Assembly (NCBI GenBank): GCA_964493995.1
Contig: CAZBQD010000002.1
Location: 20,901-84,900, forward strand
DNA from: an uncultured Francisella sp.
GTDB lineage: Bacteria > Pseudomonadota > Gammaproteobacteria > Thiomicrospirales > Thiomicrospiraceae
Length of the DNA stretch: 64,000 nucleotides
Direction: 5' to 3'
Shown here piece by piece: positions 26,495 to 35,874 of this stretch. The position numbers and the translations under genes were made by a program. Under the pieces are notes generated by a model, which did no database searches, was not told the origin of the DNA, and was given only the letters and a program-made list of their open reading frames with translations. Each line of letters starts with the position of its first letter. Within the stretch, counting starts at the first letter, position 1.

Positions 26495-27856
26495 ATGCTC
26501 GAAAATAATGAGAGTTACGAGCGCTTTTTTGCGCTATTTCAACAACAAAATCACACACGCTTGTCGGGGTTTGATGACTTCATGCAACGTCAGGGTGTGA
26601 CCTTTAATCTATACAAAAATAATCAGTTTGTCGAACAAACCTTTCCGTTCGATGCCATTCCTCGCATCATTCCGGCCGATGAGTTTGCGCGTCTTTCTAA
26701 AGGGTTAGCGCAGCGTGTTGCTGCCTTAAATGCGTTTTTGAATGACATTTATGGTGAGCAAAAAATCATTAAAGACGGCATCATTCCGCCCGATTTTGTC
26801 TTCAGTAGCAAAGCTTATCTGCCCAGTTTTCAAGGTTGTGCGGTGGCCAAAAATATTCGTACCCACATTAGTGGTTTGGATTTGGTGAAAGATTCGGCGA
26901 CGAACGAGTGGTTAATTTTAGAAGACAACCTGCGTGTACCCTCCGGGGCGAGTTATCCCTTGAGTATTCGTCGAGCTTACCGCCAGTTGTTTCCGCAATT
27001 ATTTGAGCAAATGTCGATTATGCCCAGCGATCACTACGGAGACAGCTTGGCGTCGATGTACGATTTCGTCAATCCAGGTGGCATCAGTGTGGTGTTGAGT
27101 CCGGGGCGCTTCAATTCTGCTTTTTATGAGCATAGCTATTTAGCGCGTATCAGCGGTGCACGTTTGGTCACGAATGAAGACCTGTTTGTTGAAAACAAGG
27201 TGTTGTATCTTAAAAGTTTTAATGGCAAGCGTATTCGTGTGGGGGTGGTTTATCGCCGCTTAGATGATGACTTTTTAGATCCATTATGTTTCCGTGACGA
27301 TAGTATGATTGGCGTTCCCAATTTAATGAGTGTTTACCGAGCGGGTAATGTCGCTTTGCTTAATGCGGTGGGTAACGGTATCGCCGATGATAAAGGCATT
27401 TACTATTTCGTACCTAAAATGATTGAGTACTATTTGGGCGAAACACCACTTATGTCGAATGCGCCGACCTTCTTGCCGTGGTTCGAAGATGACCGTCGTT
27501 TCGTATTGGAAAATCTGCATCGATTAGTCATTAAAGATGTGGCCGAAGCAGGTGGCTATGGTGTGCTCTTTGGCGATAAGCTAAGCCAACAGCAGCTAGC
27601 CGATTTAGCGGAACATATCAAGGCCGAGCCGCGTCGCTTCATCGCGCAAGAACGCATTGAATTTTATGATATTCCCACCTTTATCAATGGTCAGGTCGAA
27701 CCGCGTAAATCTGATTTGCGCATGTACATTGTGCACGGCGAAGTGATTAAAGTATGGGCGGGCGGCTTGACCCGTTTTGCACGAGAAGAGGGGAATTATT
27801 TGGTCAACTCTTCGCAAGGTGGCGGTTTCAAAGATACTTGGGTATTGGGGGCGTAA
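26495..27856 (+). CDS. Circularly permuted type 2 ATP-grasp protein
   Basis: 453 aa. It is followed by the typical alpha-E and transglutaminase partners. Family-typical conserved stretches are present (VPSGASYPL, VVYRRLDDDFLDP, GNGIADDKGIY). Confidence 0.8.
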   Translation: MLENNESYERFFALFQQQNHTRLSGFDDFMQRQGVTFNLYKNNQFVEQTFPFDAIPRIIPADEFARLSKGLAQRVAALNAFLNDIYGEQKIIKDGIIPPDFVFSSKAYLPSFQGCAVAKNIRTHISGLDLVKDSATNEWLILEDNLRVPSGASYPLSIRRAYRQLFPQLFEQMSIMPSDHYGDSLASMYDFVNPGGISVVLSPGRFNSAFYEHSYLARISGARLVTNEDLFVENKVLYLKSFNGKRIRVGVVYRRLDDDFLDPLCFRDDSMIGVPNLMSVYRAGNVALLNAVGNGIADDKGIYYFVPKMIEYYLGETPLMSNAPTFLPWFEDDRRFVLENLHRLVIKDVAEAGGYGVLFGDKLSQQQLADLAEHIKAEPRRFIAQERIEFYDIPTFINGQVEPRKSDLRMYIVHGEVIKVWAGGLTRFAREEGNYLVNSSQGGGFKDTWVLGA

Positions 27857-27858
27857 TT

Positions 27859-28527
27859 ATGGCAACTTCATTATATTTAAGCCCACGCATGGCCGACGCT
27901 TTATTGTGGTTAGGACGTTATCAACAGCGACTGGAAACCTTGGGTAAAGAAGTCTTGGTTCAGTTTGATGCCGTTATCGATAAGGATAAGGCTGCGGGTA
28001 GTCGTTTGTTTCACAAGCTAGGTGTTGAGTTGAACTATGCCTGTGCAACCGATTTTTTGAAGCAAGCCTGCTATGGCAATCATGCCACTCAGTTGTTTAG
28101 GATCAGTGCTCAGGCACGTGAAAATGCCATAACCGTGCGAGATTTGTTGTCCGATAGCCTGTTTGGCAGTGTTAATGGCGTTTACGATGCGCTCAAACGT
28201 CATCAAGCCGACGATAACCTAGACGCTTATGAGCTTGAACAGTTGTTTGGTGAAATTGAATACTTCTGGGGACGACTCAGCACGCGTTTGGTAAAAAGTC
28301 GAGCGGCTCAGTTCATCTTACTGGGGCAGGCGATTGAAATCATTGATCTCAAAATGCGTCTCTATGGCGAAATTGACAGCTTGGTTGAGGATGCAAAACG
28401 CTTAAACTTACTGGGCACTCAGTTGTCGGATCACTGGAAACCTTTTCAGCCTTTGAATCAAAGCTTGGTGCAGAATATGAATAGTTTAGCTGGCGCGGGT
28501 GCGCAGGTCATTCGCTATGCGAGTTAA
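27859..28527 (+). CDS. Alpha-E domain protein (short, 222 aa)
   Basis: The N-terminus LSPRMADALLWLGRYQQRLE is typical of the alpha-E (DUF403) family. The ATG at 27859 lies 2 nt after the ATP-grasp stop. Confidence 0.7.
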   Translation: MATSLYLSPRMADALLWLGRYQQRLETLGKEVLVQFDAVIDKDKAAGSRLFHKLGVELNYACATDFLKQACYGNHATQLFRISAQARENAITVRDLLSDSLFGSVNGVYDALKRHQADDNLDAYELEQLFGEIEYFWGRLSTRLVKSRAAQFILLGQAIEIIDLKMRLYGEIDSLVEDAKRLNLLGTQLSDHWKPFQPLNQSLVQNMNSLAGAGAQVIRYAS

Positions 28528-28539
28528 GGGAAGCGTGGC

Positions 28540-29313
28540 GTGATGGTGTTTCAGTTAACTTATCAGCTGTCTATCCAGTTTTCGCAGTCGGTGCGTCAGC
28601 ATCAGTATGCGTTGCGACTGCTACCGCGTTTGGCGAGTGGCGTTCGTGTGCATCAGCAACAACTCAGCATTGCGGGCAGTCATGACCAAGGCGAGTTGCT
28701 CGACGGTTTTGCTAATCAACTGATTTATGGCAACTATGCAGCATGTCACGGACATTTTGAGGTCGCTTATCAAGCGCTTGTGAGTCGAGAGATGGTTTTT
28801 GGCACAGACTTGCCGGTTGACTGGTTTCGTGCGCCAACGTTACTCACTCTTGCCGAGCCGTCATTATTAGCTCAGTGGATGGTACATCAGCCTAATTTAC
28901 CGCTATTTGAGCAGGCGATGCGCATTATGGATTCCGTTTATCAGCGCATGACTTATGTTAAAGGGGCGACTCAAGTCGGTCATGGCGTGGATAGCGTGCT
29001 CCAACATGCGACGGGGGTGTGCCAAGACTATGCTCATATCATGATCGCATTGTTGCGATTTGTTGGCATACCGGCGCGTTATGTGGCAGGGGTGGCACAG
29101 GGTGAAGGAGAGAGTCATGCTTGGGTTGAAGCCTGGATTGACGGTTGGTGGCAAGGCTTTGATCCGACCCATAATTGTATGGTCAGTTATCAAGATGCCT
29201 ACATTCCCATTGCGGTGGGGCGAGATGCGGCCGATTGCCCGCTGAATCGGGGGCAATTTGTCGGTCAAGCCGAACAAATGCTGTCGGTACAAACGCAGTT
29301 ATTAGCTGCCTAG
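28540..29313 (+). CDS. Transglutaminase-like cysteine protease-fold protein
   Basis: A Cys-His-Asp triad context is intact: GVCQDYAH (Cys codon 29020-29022), SHAWVEAW, and GFDPTH. Confidence 0.8.
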   Translation: MMVFQLTYQLSIQFSQSVRQHQYALRLLPRLASGVRVHQQQLSIAGSHDQGELLDGFANQLIYGNYAACHGHFEVAYQALVSREMVFGTDLPVDWFRAPTLLTLAEPSLLAQWMVHQPNLPLFEQAMRIMDSVYQRMTYVKGATQVGHGVDSVLQHATGVCQDYAHIMIALLRFVGIPARYVAGVAQGEGESHAWVEAWIDGWWQGFDPTHNCMVSYQDAYIPIAVGRDAADCPLNRGQFVGQAEQMLSVQTQLLAA

Positions 29314-29334
29314 TCAAGATTGAGAGAATCAACC

Positions 29335-30285
29335 ATGTTAGAAACTTTGTTAAGTATTGAGTTGCCGGTTGGCGAGCATTATTACCTTAAACGCCATCGT
29401 TTTACCCCAGCTGAAGGGAGTAACGATAGCGGTAAACGCATCAGTATTGTTTCGGGCACGCACGGGGATGAGTTAGAGGGTATTTATGTCATTACCTTGC
29501 TGGCCGAATGGCTGAAAGCGAATCCCAGCTTGATTACCGGCACCATTGATTTGTATCCTTCGCTTAATTCTTTAGGTATCGACTCCATCACCCGCACCGT
29601 GCCCTTTTATCAAACCGATTTGAATCGAATTTTTCCCGGTACGGCAAAAGATACCTTTCCTAATCAAATGGCTGCGGGTATTGTTGAAGCCATTCAGGGT
29701 AGTGATATTGCGATTGATATTCATGCCAGTAACATTTTTCTGCGTGAACTGCCGCAGGTACGCATTGCGAGTCCTTATCGAGAGTCGCTTGTGCCTTTAG
29801 CAAAACAACTGAATATGGATTTCATTTGGGTTCATGATGCCATTACCGTGCTGGAAGCAACACTGGCGCATAGCTTAAACCAATTGGGTACGCATACCTT
29901 GGTGGTGGAGTATGGTGTAGGTATGCGATTAACTCCCAGTTATGGCGAGCAGTTATTGGAAGGATTGTTTAACCTCATGGCGCAGCAAGGCATTCTGGCT
30001 ATTCCAACCAGACCAGTGCGCGTGCCTTGCTATTCCGATCAGGGTGAGGTTTACTATGTGAATTCACCGGCCGCTGGTTTGTTTGTGCCAGCGATGGATC
30101 ATTGTCAGATGGTGGTGAAAGGTCAGCTCATCGGTCATATTCATGATCCCTATGGCGTAGAGTCTCCTGTTCCCTGTTATACACCGGGCGCGGGGGTGCT
30201 GTTTACACTGCGTGAGTATCCGATTGTTTATGAAGGTTCATTGCTGGCGCGCATTTTCGACGATCAAAAAGGGGTATGTGTATGA
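29335..30285 (+). CDS. AstE/AspA (succinylglutamate desuccinylase/aspartoacylase, M14-like) family zinc deacylase
   Basis: Metal-ligand motifs SGTHGDELEG (HxxE) and IDIHAS are present. GAGAG lies 8 nt upstream of the ATG at 29335. Confidence 0.75.
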   Translation: MLETLLSIELPVGEHYYLKRHRFTPAEGSNDSGKRISIVSGTHGDELEGIYVITLLAEWLKANPSLITGTIDLYPSLNSLGIDSITRTVPFYQTDLNRIFPGTAKDTFPNQMAAGIVEAIQGSDIAIDIHASNIFLRELPQVRIASPYRESLVPLAKQLNMDFIWVHDAITVLEATLAHSLNQLGTHTLVVEYGVGMRLTPSYGEQLLEGLFNLMAQQGILAIPTRPVRVPCYSDQGEVYYVNSPAAGLFVPAMDHCQMVVKGQLIGHIHDPYGVESPVPCYTPGAGVLFTLREYPIVYEGSLLARIFDDQKGVCV

Positions 30286-31226
30286 TGCGACAGCCATTGG
30301 TTCGTTTGGCTTCGCCTAGCCGAGACGCTTATCAGGTAGATGGATTTCGTTTTCAGCCGCAAGACAAACAAGACTCGCAAACCTCGGTTGCCATTGTGTC
30401 GGGTTTGAATGGACATGAGTTAGCACAAATGCACGTCGCGGCTCAATTAGTGAATTTTTTGAAAGTGCGTCAAGAAGCTGATCCCAGTTTTATTACCGGT
30501 GACATTTTGGTGGTTCCAGCGGTGAATACCTTTGGCTTTAACATGGGTGAACGTCATTGGCCATTAGATAAAACCGATATTAATGCCATGTTTCCGGGGT
30601 TTGATGCGGGTGAAACGACGCAACGTATCGCCCATCAGTTATTCGAGCAGGTGAAAGGCTTTGAGTGGGGCGTCGAATTAGAAGACAGACGCGACCAATA
30701 TGATTGTATGCCTTATGTGCGCATGATTAAATCGGGTTTTGAAGACGCGCAAGCGGCGAAGTATTTTGGCCTGCAATTTGCCCATTATCGTGACTTTGTG
30801 CCTAGTGATGCAGGTAGTTTGCAGTATAACTGGTCGGTTTGGGAAACGAAAAGCTATGGGCTGGTGTTTGGTAATAAACAGCAAATTCATCGAGATAGCA
30901 CCCATCAGTTGCTGGATGCGTTGATTCGCTTTTTAGCCAAAGTCGGGGCGATTCGCACTCAAATTTTTGCCGGTTATGATACCAATATCATTACGCAAGA
31001 AGCCATTACACTCATACCCGCACAACGAGCCGGCGTGTTCGAACCCAGACAAGCTGTCGGTAGTTTTGTGCAAAAGGGCGATTTATTAGCTAAGGTCTTC
31101 GATGCGTTAGATGGTTCATTAAAAGAAAAGTTGTATGCGCCTGTCGATGGCTTGGTAACGTGTCATTACCATTATCCGCTCATTTATCAGAATACCATCG
31201 CTTATCGTATGATTTCGATTGGATAG
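30282..31226 (+). CDS. AstE/AspA-like paralog with degenerate metal ligands (probable pseudoenzyme)
   Basis: It has the same length and architecture as the upstream gene. However, the HxxE position reads SGLNGHELA, and the second His site reads GVELEDRRD instead of IDIHAS. The start is ambiguous among ATGs at 30276, 30282 and 30285. Confidence 0.6.
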   Translation: MMRQPLVRLASPSRDAYQVDGFRFQPQDKQDSQTSVAIVSGLNGHELAQMHVAAQLVNFLKVRQEADPSFITGDILVVPAVNTFGFNMGERHWPLDKTDINAMFPGFDAGETTQRIAHQLFEQVKGFEWGVELEDRRDQYDCMPYVRMIKSGFEDAQAAKYFGLQFAHYRDFVPSDAGSLQYNWSVWETKSYGLVFGNKQQIHRDSTHQLLDALIRFLAKVGAIRTQIFAGYDTNIITQEAITLIPAQRAGVFEPRQAVGSFVQKGDLLAKVFDALDGSLKEKLYAPVDGLVTCHYHYPLIYQNTIAYRMISIG

Positions 31227-31262
31227 CAATTAAAAAGGCTTTTCTAAAACCAATAGTTCATC

Positions 31263-31333
31263 CTTCGACAAGCTCAGGACGAACGGCAACTTATCATTTT
31301 TACTTTACTCCGTTCGCGCTGAGCTTGTCGAAG
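31263..31333. repeat. REP-related hairpin between convergent genes (possible bidirectional terminator)
   Basis: The arms cttcgacaagctcaggacgaacgg (31263-31286) and ccgttcgcgctgagcttgtcgaag (31310-31333) are near-complementary. They are the same arm sequences as in the 116-nt element, but in swapped order. Confidence 0.7.
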
Positions 31334-31373
31334 TGCTGTTTTTAGCGACTCTCAAATGAACAAGAAAGAGACC

Positions 31374-31655
31374 CTAACCATTTATATTCAGTAAGCACAC
31401 TTCAATGGGATGGGCTTGTTGACTCACCATTTGCTTGAGTTCGGTTGCTGCTTCACTAGGGAGCGTTAGGCTGAATCGGTAATAATCGGCAAAGCCTTTC
31501 ACTTGCTCGCTACGGCTTAATTGAGTGTGATTAAGACCGTAGCGCCGCACGGCTATCACGTCAAGGCTACCCTGGTGCTGTTCAAGCAACCAGGTTAACC
31601 AAAAGTCGTAATCGACTGCTGAACAGGTCAGCTCAACACGTTGCCATGATTGCAT
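31374..31655 (-). CDS. DUF3240-like small protein downstream of czcA
   Basis: 93 aa, starting 2 nt after the czcA stop. Its size and position match the small conserved protein often found after heavy-metal RND pumps. The family assignment is from memory. Confidence 0.5.
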   Translation of the reverse strand: MQSWQRVELTCSAVDYDFWLTWLLEQHQGSLDVIAVRRYGLNHTQLSRSEQVKGFADYYRFSLTLPSEAATELKQMVSQQAHPIEVCLLNING

Positions 31656-31657
31656 GT

Positions 31658-34600
31658 TTATTTTCTCACAAAACGGTTATAAAGTAGCGGCAGTAACACC
31701 AAGGTCAACAAGGTCGAGGTAAAGAGTCCGCCAATGATAACAATGGCCAAGGGACGCTGAATCTCTGAGCCAGGACCGGTAGCAAAGAGCAACGGAACTA
31801 AGCCTAAAGCAGCAATACTGGCGGTCATTAATACGGGTCGTAAACGACGCTTAGCGCCATGGATGTAAATTTGGCTGGGGTTAATGCCTTGTTGTTCCAG
31901 TCGATTAAAGGTATCGAGCATCACCACGCCATTAAGAATGGCAATGCCCAATAGCGCAATAAAGCCTATCGAAGCGGGTAAAGACAGGTATTCACCACTG
32001 AGGTAAAGCGAAACGACACCGCCAATCAAGGCAAAAGGAATGGTTGACAGTGCCAGCAAGGTCATTGACCAACGTTTTAAGGTGACGACCAACAACAGGG
32101 CTATAAACAGAATGCCTAAAGGAATGAGCCAGCTCAGTCGTTGATTGACCCTTTGTTGATTTTCAAATTGACCGCCAAATACCAAATGGTAGCCAGCTGG
32201 CAGCGGTAAATCGGCCAGACGCTGTTGTGCTTCAACCACAACACTGGTTAAATCGCGCTCAGCCACATTAACCAACACCACGGAAAAGCGTTGCCCTTGC
32301 TCACGACTGATGGAAACGGCCGATTCACTGCGTTCGCTCGTTGCTAGGTCACCGAGCAGTAAACCGGGTGCATGTGTATTAGGAATGGCTAGCTGGCTTA
32401 AATCAGTTAAGGACTCATCGAGAACGCCCGACCCACGGAGCATAATGGGTGTGCGTCGATTGGCTTCATAAACAATGCCCGCCGGAATACCTTCGAGTTG
32501 ACTGCGCAAGTAGGCTTGCAACTCATCGACGGTGAGAGAAAAATGACGAATCTTTTCATGATCGAGCGTAAACGTCAGATACTGTAAGCCATCGTTAGTG
32601 GGGGTGAAAATTTCGCTTACGCCCGCCATACCCTGCAATCTGCCATAAATATCAGTTGCAAGCTGGGTCAGTTGATGACTATCACTTCCATAAACCTTGA
32701 TAGCAATATCTCCCCGCGTGCCAGTGAGCATTTCAGAAACGCGCATTTCAATGGGTTGCGTAAGCGTGGTGTTAATGCCCGGAAATTGCTCCAATACCGT
32801 TTGAATGGCTTGTTTCACCGCTTCTTTATCGTAAGGGGTGCGCCAGGTATGGGCAGGATGTAAGCTGACAAAGGTATCGGTATCGTTCAGTCCCATGGGG
32901 TCAAGACCAATTTCATCTGAACCAGCGCGAGCGATAATCGCTTTAATTTCGGGAACTTGGCTTAACAGGGCTTGTTGTACTCGACCATCTATGGCAAGTG
33001 AGTCGATGAGGTTAATAGAAGGCGTTTTCTCCAGTTGCACAATCAAATCGCCTTCATCCATGGTCGGTAGAAAAATTTTACCAATTTGTCCAAATAACAA
33101 CACGGCAGCAACCAGCGAAACAGCTGCGATAGCGAGTAGGGGTAGGGTCAAGTTACGCCAACGCATAAGAGCCTGTTCATAAGCCTGTTCTAGGCGTTCT
33201 AACCAGAGCTGCTGATACGGACGATGATGTTTGATAAGCTGAGCGGCAATGGTTGGTATCACCAATAAAGCCAACAGCAATGCGGAAATGAGAGTAAAGA
33301 TGATGCTTAACGCTACGGGTCTGAAGAGTTTGCCTTCGATATCCTCTAAACTGAGTAGTGGCAAGAAAATAAGCACAATAATGGTCATACCCACGCCTAC
33401 AGGTAAGGCCATTTCTTTAACCGCCATAGCCATTAGGTTTAACCTAGGCAGTCGATGTTGGGGAGACTGTTCCAAACGATGGACGATGTTTTCGACCACC
33501 ACCACGCCATTATCGACGATTAAGCCCAAAGCAATGACCAGTCCGCCCAAGCTCATTAAATTAGCAGAGACTCCCAAAGCGTAAAGCCAAATAAAGCTGA
33601 TGAGCAAGGCCATAGGAAGCAGTGTAGCCACGGTTAGCGCAGCGCGCCAATTACCCAAAAAGACGATCAGTAACACCAAAACAAGCGCAATGGCTTCTAG
33701 CAAGGCTTGGCTAATGGTTTCAATCGCACGATCAATTAACTGCCCACGATGATAAAAAACGTTGAGACTGAGATTGGTGGGTAGGGCAGGAGCTAAGCTG
33801 TCTAGCTTTTTTTCGACTTCATTCAGAACGGCTTTGGTGTCTACACCTGTCATCGCCAACACAATGCCTTGCACGGTTTCACCTTCGCCATTGCGGGTAA
33901 CACCGCCGTAACGTGTGAGACTGCCCATGCGTACTCGTGCCACATCACCCACGGTAATGGCTTGATGATTGACTTCGGCTACACGCAATGCGGCAATCGC
34001 CTGAGTACTGCTGAGCGTGCCGATACTGCGCACAATCAGCACCTCTTCGCCTTCAACCAGACGCCCGGCACCATCATTTTGATTGTTATCTGCCAAGGCT
34101 GCTTGTAATTGTGCGAAGGTAATGCCATGTGCCACCATGCGCTGAGGGTCGGGTTCGACTTCGTAGCTACGCACTTCGCCTCCCAGCGCGTTGACGTCTG
34201 CCACACCGGCAACGGTGCGTAGGGCTGGGCGAATGACCCAATCGAGTAACTGACGACGTTCGGCTAGTGACAGTGTTGGGCTATCGAGGGTAAACATTAA
34301 AATATCACTTAACGGCGTGGTCGGTGGCGCAATGCCGCCGTCGAGTCCCGAGGGGAGTTTGTCGCGCAAGCCGTTTAAGCGTTCAGCCACTTGCTGACGC
34401 GCCCAATAAATATCGGTTCCATCTTCAAAGGTAACGGTAATATCGGTTAGAGCATATTTCGTCACGGATCTGAGTGTCTTCTGCTTGGCAATGCCCAGCA
34501 TTTCCGTTTCAACCAAAGCGGTAATACGACTTTCGATTTCTTCCGGCGTCATGCCCGGTGCTTTCAAAATAATTTTGACCTGCGGGCTAGTCACATTCGG

Positions 34601-34717
34601 GAAGGCGTCGATGGGCGTTTTGAACCAAGCCATTAGGCCTAGCGCCAATAAAGCCAATAAGAGCATCCATACCATCAGGCGCTGCGTTAGCGCCGCATCA
34701 ATCCAGCGGTTTATCAT
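31658..34717 (-). CDS. czcA: CusA/CzcA family heavy-metal efflux RND transporter
   Basis: 1019 aa with 12 transmembrane helices and two large periplasmic loops. The conserved VDNGVVVVENI and N-terminal IDAFPNVTSPQV are typical of the HME-RND family. Confidence 0.9.
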   Translation of the reverse strand: MINRWIDAALTQRLMVWMLLLALLALGLMAWFKTPIDAFPNVTSPQVKIILKAPGMTPEEIESRITALVETEMLGIAKQKTLRSVTKYALTDITVTFEDGTDIYWARQQVAERLNGLRDKLPSGLDGGIAPPTTPLSDILMFTLDSPTLSLAERRQLLDWVIRPALRTVAGVADVNALGGEVRSYEVEPDPQRMVAHGITFAQLQAALADNNQNDGAGRLVEGEEVLIVRSIGTLSSTQAIAALRVAEVNHQAITVGDVARVRMGSLTRYGGVTRNGEGETVQGIVLAMTGVDTKAVLNEVEKKLDSLAPALPTNLSLNVFYHRGQLIDRAIETISQALLEAIALVLVLLIVFLGNWRAALTVATLLPMALLISFIWLYALGVSANLMSLGGLVIALGLIVDNGVVVVENIVHRLEQSPQHRLPRLNLMAMAVKEMALPVGVGMTIIVLIFLPLLSLEDIEGKLFRPVALSIIFTLISALLLALLVIPTIAAQLIKHHRPYQQLWLERLEQAYEQALMRWRNLTLPLLAIAAVSLVAAVLLFGQIGKIFLPTMDEGDLIVQLEKTPSINLIDSLAIDGRVQQALLSQVPEIKAIIARAGSDEIGLDPMGLNDTDTFVSLHPAHTWRTPYDKEAVKQAIQTVLEQFPGINTTLTQPIEMRVSEMLTGTRGDIAIKVYGSDSHQLTQLATDIYGRLQGMAGVSEIFTPTNDGLQYLTFTLDHEKIRHFSLTVDELQAYLRSQLEGIPAGIVYEANRRTPIMLRGSGVLDESLTDLSQLAIPNTHAPGLLLGDLATSERSESAVSISREQGQRFSVVLVNVAERDLTSVVVEAQQRLADLPLPAGYHLVFGGQFENQQRVNQRLSWLIPLGILFIALLLVVTLKRWSMTLLALSTIPFALIGGVVSLYLSGEYLSLPASIGFIALLGIAILNGVVMLDTFNRLEQQGINPSQIYIHGAKRRLRPVLMTASIAALGLVPLLFATGPGSEIQRPLAIVIIGGLFTSTLLTLVLLPLLYNRFVRK

Positions 34718-35805
34718 GGGGCGATGCTTTCTGTATAAATGGATTTAGCTGCTGCAGTGCCGCTGATAATCACCGCCGATTGCTCGTTTAAGGCGGGTGC
34801 ACGTACCACCCAGCCTTCTCGCGTCGCCCGCACCAGCTCCACCTTAATGGCGCTGAGCGCTTGTGCATTGACCACAAACACATGCGGCAGATTGTTGATG
34901 TAAACAATCGCCTGACGCGGCAAACGCCAGCTTGGTAGTGCGTTAGCACTGGTTTCGCTTAACTGCACCGACACGCGCTGTCCAGCCCTCAGACTGGCAT
35001 GCTGAAAACTGGCCGTCACCATTACTTTTTGTGCATCAGAAAGGGTGTTTTGGATATTGATAATGCGAGCCTGAGTGCCATCGCTTAAGCTTAAAAAGTC
35101 GCCTAGTTGTAAATTGCCAAGTTGAGCTTGCGTCAAGCCAACTTCTAAGGTTAGCGCGTCACTTGTTAGAAGTGTCATCAGAGTTTTGTTGGCATCGACG
35201 CTCTCGCCCATTGTCAGTGAAATCTGCTGAACTTTCCCTTCGGCTGGCGCATTGAGCGTAATATGACCCTCTAAATGCCGATTTTTCGGGTCTTTAAGCA
35301 ACCTCAACTCTGATTGCGTTAAGCCCATGCGTTGCATTTGCGTGAAAATACCCAGCGCATCTTCCTCGGCCTGCTGGTATTCCGTTTGGGTAACTTCATA
35401 CTGTTTGGGAGCGATAATCCCTTCTTTTAATAACTGTGCTTCGCGTTGTTTTTTTTGCTGAGCTAACTGAGCGCTGCTCAAGGCATTATGGTATTGATGT
35501 TCTAACTTTTGTAATTCGGGCACAAAAATATCGGCTACAACCTGTCCTGGTTTAACCGAGTCACCCACTTTTACGTATAACTGTTTGACCTGAAGGGCAT
35601 AGGGTTTAGACAGCGTCCAACGAGCACTAGGAGCTTGTTGAACCACGCCAATCACCATAGCTCGAACGGCCACATCGTCAGCGATGGGCGGCGTGGTATG
35701 AATACCCAATGCCTGTTGTTGCTCCAGAGAAAGTGTAGCGGTTGCAGCCGCCTGCACCATGCCCGTCGAAAATAAAGCAAGCCATCCGATGACAACCCAG
35801 TTCAT
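34714..35805 (-). CDS. Efflux RND periplasmic adaptor (CzcB-like)
   Basis: 363 aa with a signal peptide and a lipoyl/beta-barrel pattern (VKVGDSVKPGQVVADI). It overlaps the czcA start by 4 nt. Confidence 0.8.
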   Translation of the reverse strand: MNWVVIGWLALFSTGMVQAAATATLSLEQQQALGIHTTPPIADDVAVRAMVIGVVQQAPSARWTLSKPYALQVKQLYVKVGDSVKPGQVVADIFVPELQKLEHQYHNALSSAQLAQQKKQREAQLLKEGIIAPKQYEVTQTEYQQAEEDALGIFTQMQRMGLTQSELRLLKDPKNRHLEGHITLNAPAEGKVQQISLTMGESVDANKTLMTLLTSDALTLEVGLTQAQLGNLQLGDFLSLSDGTQARIINIQNTLSDAQKVMVTASFQHASLRAGQRVSVQLSETSANALPSWRLPRQAIVYINNLPHVFVVNAQALSAIKVELVRATREGWVVRAPALNEQSAVIISGTAAAKSIYTESIAP

Positions 35806-35838
35806 GTTAAAGGCCTTTTAGGAATAATGTGTGTCATT

Positions 35839-35874
35839 ATTATAAAACAAAAAAGCATTATAAAACAAAAAAGC
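35839..35874 (-). promoter_or_regulatory. Perfect 18-bp tandem duplication, each copy ending in TATAAT on the minus strand (candidate czcBA -10 boxes)
   Basis: attataaaacaaaaaagc occurs at 35839-35856 and again at 35857-35874. The minus strand reads gcttttttgttttataat twice. The proximal TATAAT lies 34 nt upstream of the czcB ATG. Confidence 0.4.

Noticed and set aside
27754-27858. Upstream extension of the alpha-E ORF overlapping the ATP-grasp gene
   Set aside because: The extension is out of frame inside the ATP-grasp coding region. The family-typical N-terminus begins at the ATG at 27859, right after the ATP-grasp stop.
28903-29292. 129-aa minus-strand ORF
   Set aside because: It is fully antisense to the transglutaminase-like gene, which has an intact catalytic triad. 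There are no independent features.
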